Assembly (NCBI GenBank): GCA_944350285.1
Contig: CALVOL010000002.1
Location: forward strand, 1 to 47,814
Length of the DNA: 47,814 bases
From: an uncultured Bacilli bacterium
GTDB taxonomy: Bacteria > Bacillota_I > Bacilli_A > RF39 > UBA660
Reading direction: 5' to 3'
Below, one piece after another: positions 43,737-47,814 of the stretch. Under the pieces are notes generated by a model that made no database searches, had not been told where the DNA came from, and saw only the letters and a program-made list of their open reading frames with translations. A program made the translations under genes and the position numbers. The first letter of the stretch is position 1. The number at the start of each line of letters is the position of its first letter.

Positions 43737-45092
43737 ATGGATACAACAATCGCTGCAATTTCAACAAATTCACTAGGTGTTGGAGCAATCAATATTGTGA
43801 GATTAAGCGGTCCGGAATCGATTGAAATCGTTAGTAAAATCTTTCCAAACAAAAAATTTTCGACTGCCAAATCCCATACAATTCATTATGGTTATATAAA
43901 AGACAATGACACAATTATTGATGAAGTTTTAGTAACACTTATGCGTGCTCCAAAAACATATACAATGGAAGATGTAGTAGAAATAAACTGCCATGGTGGT
44001 TCTATTACCGCAAATAAAATTTTAGAACTGCTTTATACAAACGGAGCAGTCCCAGCAGAACCAGGAGAATTTACCAAAAGAGCATTTTTAAATGGCAGAA
44101 TTAACTTACTAGAAGCCGAAAGCGTAGAAGATTTACTAGAAGCAAAAAATGAAAATGCCAGAAAATTAGCTTTAAATGGTATCAGTGGTAAAACTACAAA
44201 ATTAATCCAAGATTTACGCGAAAAAATGGTAAGCCTTCTTGCTAATATCGAAGTAAATATTGACTATCCAGAGTATATCGATGAACTAGAGATTACTAAA
44301 GAAAACATCACTCCTGTATTAACAGAAATAAAAAATTCTTTACAAAAAATAGTCGAAGAATCTGAAAATGGTAAAAAAATCAAAGAAGGAATTAATATAG
44401 CCATCATCGGTCGACCAAATGTCGGAAAATCTTCACTTTTAAATGCTTTATTAGAAGAAGATAAAGCTATTGTAACTGATATTTCAGGAACAACAAGAGA
44501 CATTGTCGAAGGGACAATCCAATACAAAGGAATTAATTTAAACTTTATTGATACTGCCGGTATTCGTGAAACCGAAGACATCGTCGAAAAAATAGGCGTA
44601 GAAAAAAGCAAAAAAATTCAAGAAAGTTCAGATATAACAATTCTAGTATTAAATAACAATGAACTATTAACCGAAGAAGACAAAGAATTATTAAAGAAAA
44701 TAGAACAAGAAAAGGGAGTAATCTTTATCAATAAAATAGATTTAGCTTCTAAATTACCAGAATTAAAAACAACAAAAAAAATCATCAAAGGTAGTACTGT
44801 AAAAAATGTAGGACTAGAAGAATTAAAAGAAGAAATCCTAAGTGAATTCTCTCTAGAAGATATGAGCTATAAAGATTTAACTTATCTATTTAATACAAGA
44901 CAAATTTCTTTAGCAAAACAGGCTCTCCAAAACATAAACCATGTAATAGAAGAAAACAAAAAAGACATTCCTGTCGACATGCTAGCAATAGAAATTCGTG
45001 AATCTTGGGAGTATTTAGGCCAAATTATTGGCGAAGCATATGAAGACGAACTAGTAGATAACATATTTAAAAGATTTTGTTTAGGAAAGTAG
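43737..45092 (+). CDS. mnmE: tRNA modification GTPase MnmE (TrmE/ThdF)
   Basis: 451-aa ORF with G1 GRPNVGKSSLLNAL, G3 DTAGIRE and the C-terminal FCLGK tetrapeptide. Confidence 0.96.
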   Translation: MDTTIAAISTNSLGVGAINIVRLSGPESIEIVSKIFPNKKFSTAKSHTIHYGYIKDNDTIIDEVLVTLMRAPKTYTMEDVVEINCHGGSITANKILELLYTNGAVPAEPGEFTKRAFLNGRINLLEAESVEDLLEAKNENARKLALNGISGKTTKLIQDLREKMVSLLANIEVNIDYPEYIDELEITKENITPVLTEIKNSLQKIVEESENGKKIKEGINIAIIGRPNVGKSSLLNALLEEDKAIVTDISGTTRDIVEGTIQYKGINLNFIDTAGIRETEDIVEKIGVEKSKKIQESSDITILVLNNNELLTEEDKELLKKIEQEKGVIFINKIDLASKLPELKTTKKIIKGSTVKNVGLEELKEEILSEFSLEDMSYKDLTYLFNTRQISLAKQALQNINHVIEENKKDIPVDMLAIEIRESWEYLGQIIGEAYEDELVDNIFKRFCLGK

Positions 45093-45098
45093 GAGACT

Positions 45099-47471
45099 AT
45101 GATACGTTTAGCAAAAAAAGAAGATTTAGATATTATTATGCCAGAAATACAAAGAGTAAAAGAAGAGATGCATGAAAGTGGCAATCCACAATGGGGCAAT
45201 ACTCCAGAAGAATATCCATCAAAAAAAGATTTTTTAGAAGATATTGAAAACAATTCATTATATGTATTTGAAGAAAATGCTCAAATAAAAGGATTAGTGT
45301 GCATCAAAGAAGATACGGAATATGAGTATGACCCTTATATCCAAAATTCTCATGAAAAAGCACTCGTTCTCCATCGGATGGCTGTATTTTTAGATTATCG
45401 TGGAGAACATATCAGCCAAAAACTTTTTGAGTATGCAGATGATCTTGCCAAAGACAATCATATTTTATTACTAAAAGCAGATACAGAAGTACAAAATCAA
45501 AAAATGAATGCCATATTAAAGAGATTACAATATGAATTCAAAGGGGAGTTTACTCCGAATTATCCTGGAAAATATAACTATTATGAAAAAAGAATTGGTG
45601 AACAAATGAAATACGAAGTAATTGTTGTTGGTGGTGGACACGCAGGAATTGAAGCGAGTCACATCGCAGCCTTTAAAGGACATAAAACACTACTTATCAC
45701 AATGAATAAAAAAAATATTGGAGATATGCCATGTAATCCATCCATTGGCGGAACTGCTAAAGGGATAATCGTAAGAGAAATCGATGCTTTAGGAGGAATT
45801 ATGGGGCGTATTGCAGACATATCTCACTTTCAAATTAAAATGCTAAATAACTCAAAAGGTCCAGCAGTTCGTTCCTTACGTGCTCAAGCAGACAAAACAA
45901 CTTATCCAAAAAATATGCAAAACGAACTAGAAAACACCCCAAATTTAAGTATACTAGAATCAACAGTGGAAGATTTAATTATCGATGGAGAAACAGTAAA
46001 AGGTGTCATCTTAGCAAATGGTGAGAAATTATATGCCGATGCAGTGATACTAACAACCGGAACATACTTAAAAGCAAACATTTTAATTGGTGCAGAAAAT
46101 ACACCGTCTGGACCGCATGGCGAAGCACGTAGTAATCATTTAAGCGATAACTTAAAAAAATATGGATTTACCATTCAAAGACTAAAAACAGGAACACCAC
46201 AGAGAATAAAAGCATCATCTATTGACTTTTCCAAAATGACTCCAGAATATGGCGATGATACATACTGGACATTCTCCTTTGATAATCCAGCCTCTTACAA
46301 AATCAATGAACAACAAAAATGTTATCTGATTTACACGAACGAAAATACTCATAAAATCATTCTAGATAACTTAGACAAATCTGCTATGTATGGTGGATAC
46401 GTCACCGGTGTAGGACCAAGATATTGTCCAAGTATTGAAGATAAATTAGTAAGATTTAAAGATAAAGAAAGACACCAATTATTTTTAGAACCAGAAAGCC
46501 TTTATTATGACGAATGGTATTTACAAGGATTTTCTACGTCTATGCCTCGCGACGTCCAAGAACGTATGGTTCATAGTTTAAGTGGTTTAGAAAATGCAGT
46601 GATTTCAAAATATGCTTATGCCATTGAATATGATGCGATAGACCCTTTACAAATAATGCCATCACTAGAAACAAAAGTAATAAAAAATTTATTTACAGCT
46701 GGTCAAATTAATGGGACAAGTGGCTATGAAGAAGCAGCTGGCCAAGGCTTAATCGCAGGTATTAATGCAAGTCTAAAACTAGAAAAAAAAGAACCACTCA
46801 TTCTAAAAAGAAATGATGCCTACATTGGTGTTTTAATCGATGACTTAGTAACAAAAGGAACCGCAGAACCTTATCGAATGCTTACATCACGTGCAGAATT
46901 TCGTTTAATTCTTCGCCATGACAATGCGGATTTAAGACTTAGAGAATACGCTCATAAAGTTGGAAGTATTACGGATAAGCAATACCAAAACTATTTAGAT
47001 AGAGTTACCAAATTAAAAGAAGGAGAAGCATATTTACAAGAAACAAAATGCAAAATAACTCCAGAAGTCAAAGAAATATTTATAGAAAACCAAAAAGAAG
47101 TTCCAAATGCAACCGAGTCTTTATATAATCTATTAAAAAGACCAGAAATTACTATGAATTTTCTAGAAAAAATAGTAGAAATTCCACTAGATAACCAAAC
47201 CAAAGAGGAATTAGAAATTCAAATAAAATATGAGGGATATATCAAAAAGACTTATAAAGAAGTAGAAAAAATGAAAAAGCTCGAAGAAAAAATAATTCCT
47301 CAAGATATTGACTATAAAAAGGTAAAAAATTTAGCGTCAGAAGCTCGTCAAAAACTAGAAAAAATTAGGCCAATTTCTGTTGGGCAGGCTGCCAGAATTA
47401 GTGGGGTAAATCCTTCTGATATAGCAATATTAAGTGTTTATTTAAAGAAAGAGTATGGGAAAGATGAATAA
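45099..47471 (+). CDS. mnmG: GNAT-type acetyltransferase domain fused in frame to tRNA uridine 5-carboxymethylaminomethyl modification enzyme MnmG (GidA)
   Basis: 790-aa single ORF. Residues 1 to about 165 look GNAT-like (LHRMAVFLDYRGEHISQKLFEYA...NQKMNAILKRLQYEFKGEF). From Met170 (ATG 45606) onward it is canonical MnmG: MKYEVIVVGGGHAGIEAS, GPRYCPSIEDK, QINGTSGYEEAA. Confidence 0.85.
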   Translation: MIRLAKKEDLDIIMPEIQRVKEEMHESGNPQWGNTPEEYPSKKDFLEDIENNSLYVFEENAQIKGLVCIKEDTEYEYDPYIQNSHEKALVLHRMAVFLDYRGEHISQKLFEYADDLAKDNHILLLKADTEVQNQKMNAILKRLQYEFKGEFTPNYPGKYNYYEKRIGEQMKYEVIVVGGGHAGIEASHIAAFKGHKTLLITMNKKNIGDMPCNPSIGGTAKGIIVREIDALGGIMGRIADISHFQIKMLNNSKGPAVRSLRAQADKTTYPKNMQNELENTPNLSILESTVEDLIIDGETVKGVILANGEKLYADAVILTTGTYLKANILIGAENTPSGPHGEARSNHLSDNLKKYGFTIQRLKTGTPQRIKASSIDFSKMTPEYGDDTYWTFSFDNPASYKINEQQKCYLIYTNENTHKIILDNLDKSAMYGGYVTGVGPRYCPSIEDKLVRFKDKERHQLFLEPESLYYDEWYLQGFSTSMPRDVQERMVHSLSGLENAVISKYAYAIEYDAIDPLQIMPSLETKVIKNLFTAGQINGTSGYEEAAGQGLIAGINASLKLEKKEPLILKRNDAYIGVLIDDLVTKGTAEPYRMLTSRAEFRLILRHDNADLRLREYAHKVGSITDKQYQNYLDRVTKLKEGEAYLQETKCKITPEVKEIFIENQKEVPNATESLYNLLKRPEITMNFLEKIVEIPLDNQTKEELEIQIKYEGYIKKTYKEVEKMKKLEEKIIPQDIDYKKVKNLASEARQKLEKIRPISVGQAARISGVNPSDIAILSVYLKKEYGKDE

Positions 47472-47814
47472 AGAAGAATTAAAAAATTATGTAAAAGAAT
47501 TAGGAATAGAACTAACCGAAGAAATGTTACAAAAACTAAACGATTATGCAGACTTTCTACTTGAATACAATACACACACAAACTTAACCGCAATAAAAAC
47601 AAAAGAAGAAGTGTATCTAAAACATTTCTATGATTCTTTAACTTTAACTAAAATCGCTAATTTAAAAGAAGGAACTCTACTAGATGTTGGAACAGGAGCC
47701 GGCTTTCCTGGGCTTGTTTTAGCTATAGTATTTCCCAATCTAGAAGTGACATTACTAGATAGCAACAACAAAAAAATTACATTTCTAAACGAATGCATTG
47801 CCAAATTACAAATA
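47464..47814 (+). CDS. rsmG: 16S rRNA (guanine527-N7)-methyltransferase RsmG (GidB), 5' partial
   Basis: The ATG overlaps the mnmG stop (ATGAATAA). Manual translation gives MNKEELKNYVKELGIELTEEMLQKL...HFYDSLTL...LLDVGTGAGFPGLVLAIVFP, which contains the RsmG SAM motif. The ORF runs off the window end. Confidence 0.9.
   Translation, partial: MNKEELKNYVKELGIELTEEMLQKLNDYADFLLEYNTHTNLTAIKTKEEVYLKHFYDSLTLTKIANLKEGTLLDVGTGAGFPGLVLAIVFPNLEVTLLDSNNKKITFLNECIAKLQI

Overview
This window is the replication-origin region of an AT-rich, endospore-forming Firmicute (Bacillota) chromosome. Gene order is a compacted version of the Bacillus subtilis 0-degree region.

oriC is bipartite. DnaA boxes lie upstream of dnaA (37117-37244), and boxes plus an all-A+T unwinding candidate lie between dnaA and dnaN (35508-35623). 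Transcription diverges from oriC:
- Leftward (minus strand): dnaA-dnaN-comK-recF-gyrB-gyrA, a 1.2-kb gene-free block, then ffs-tadA-dnaX-ybaB-recR-bofA-holB-ricT-methyltransferase-pth-mfd-spoVT. Next come a T-box, SDR-metG-tatD-yabE-like-rsmA-yabG-veg-spoVG, an orphan, yabP-yabQ-divIC, two degenerate EcfA-like genes, truA-rplM-rpsI-cwlD, an orphan pair, a PLC-like gene (plus strand), Abi_2 and htrA.
- Rightward (plus strand): rpmH-rnpA-yidC-jag, a ~4-kb insertion (decayed TnpB, an IS66-family IS, an HExxH orphan), then mnmE, GNAT-mnmG and rsmG (partial).

No rRNA, tRNA or CRISPR was seen.

Main results:
1. The gene-free block at 27.08-28.24 kb holds eight ParB-type parS palindromes. Five are fused at fixed 2-nt spacing to DnaA-box 9-mers, and two more have box-like 9-mers 3-4 nt away.
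2. Five perfect 16-bp Noc-binding-site palindromes (TATTTCCCGGGAAATA) lie within 9 kb next to the block. Three are written into coding sequence in three different frames. Two are joined to an identical Shine-Dalgarno module.
3. Several unusual gene arrangements: comK in the dnaN-recF slot, an in-frame GNAT-MnmG fusion, a catalytically degenerate EcfA pair without EcfT, no room for yabA at its conserved position, and an Abi_2 gene translationally coupled to htrA.

All calls come from reading the sequence and ORF translations by eye. No database search was possible.
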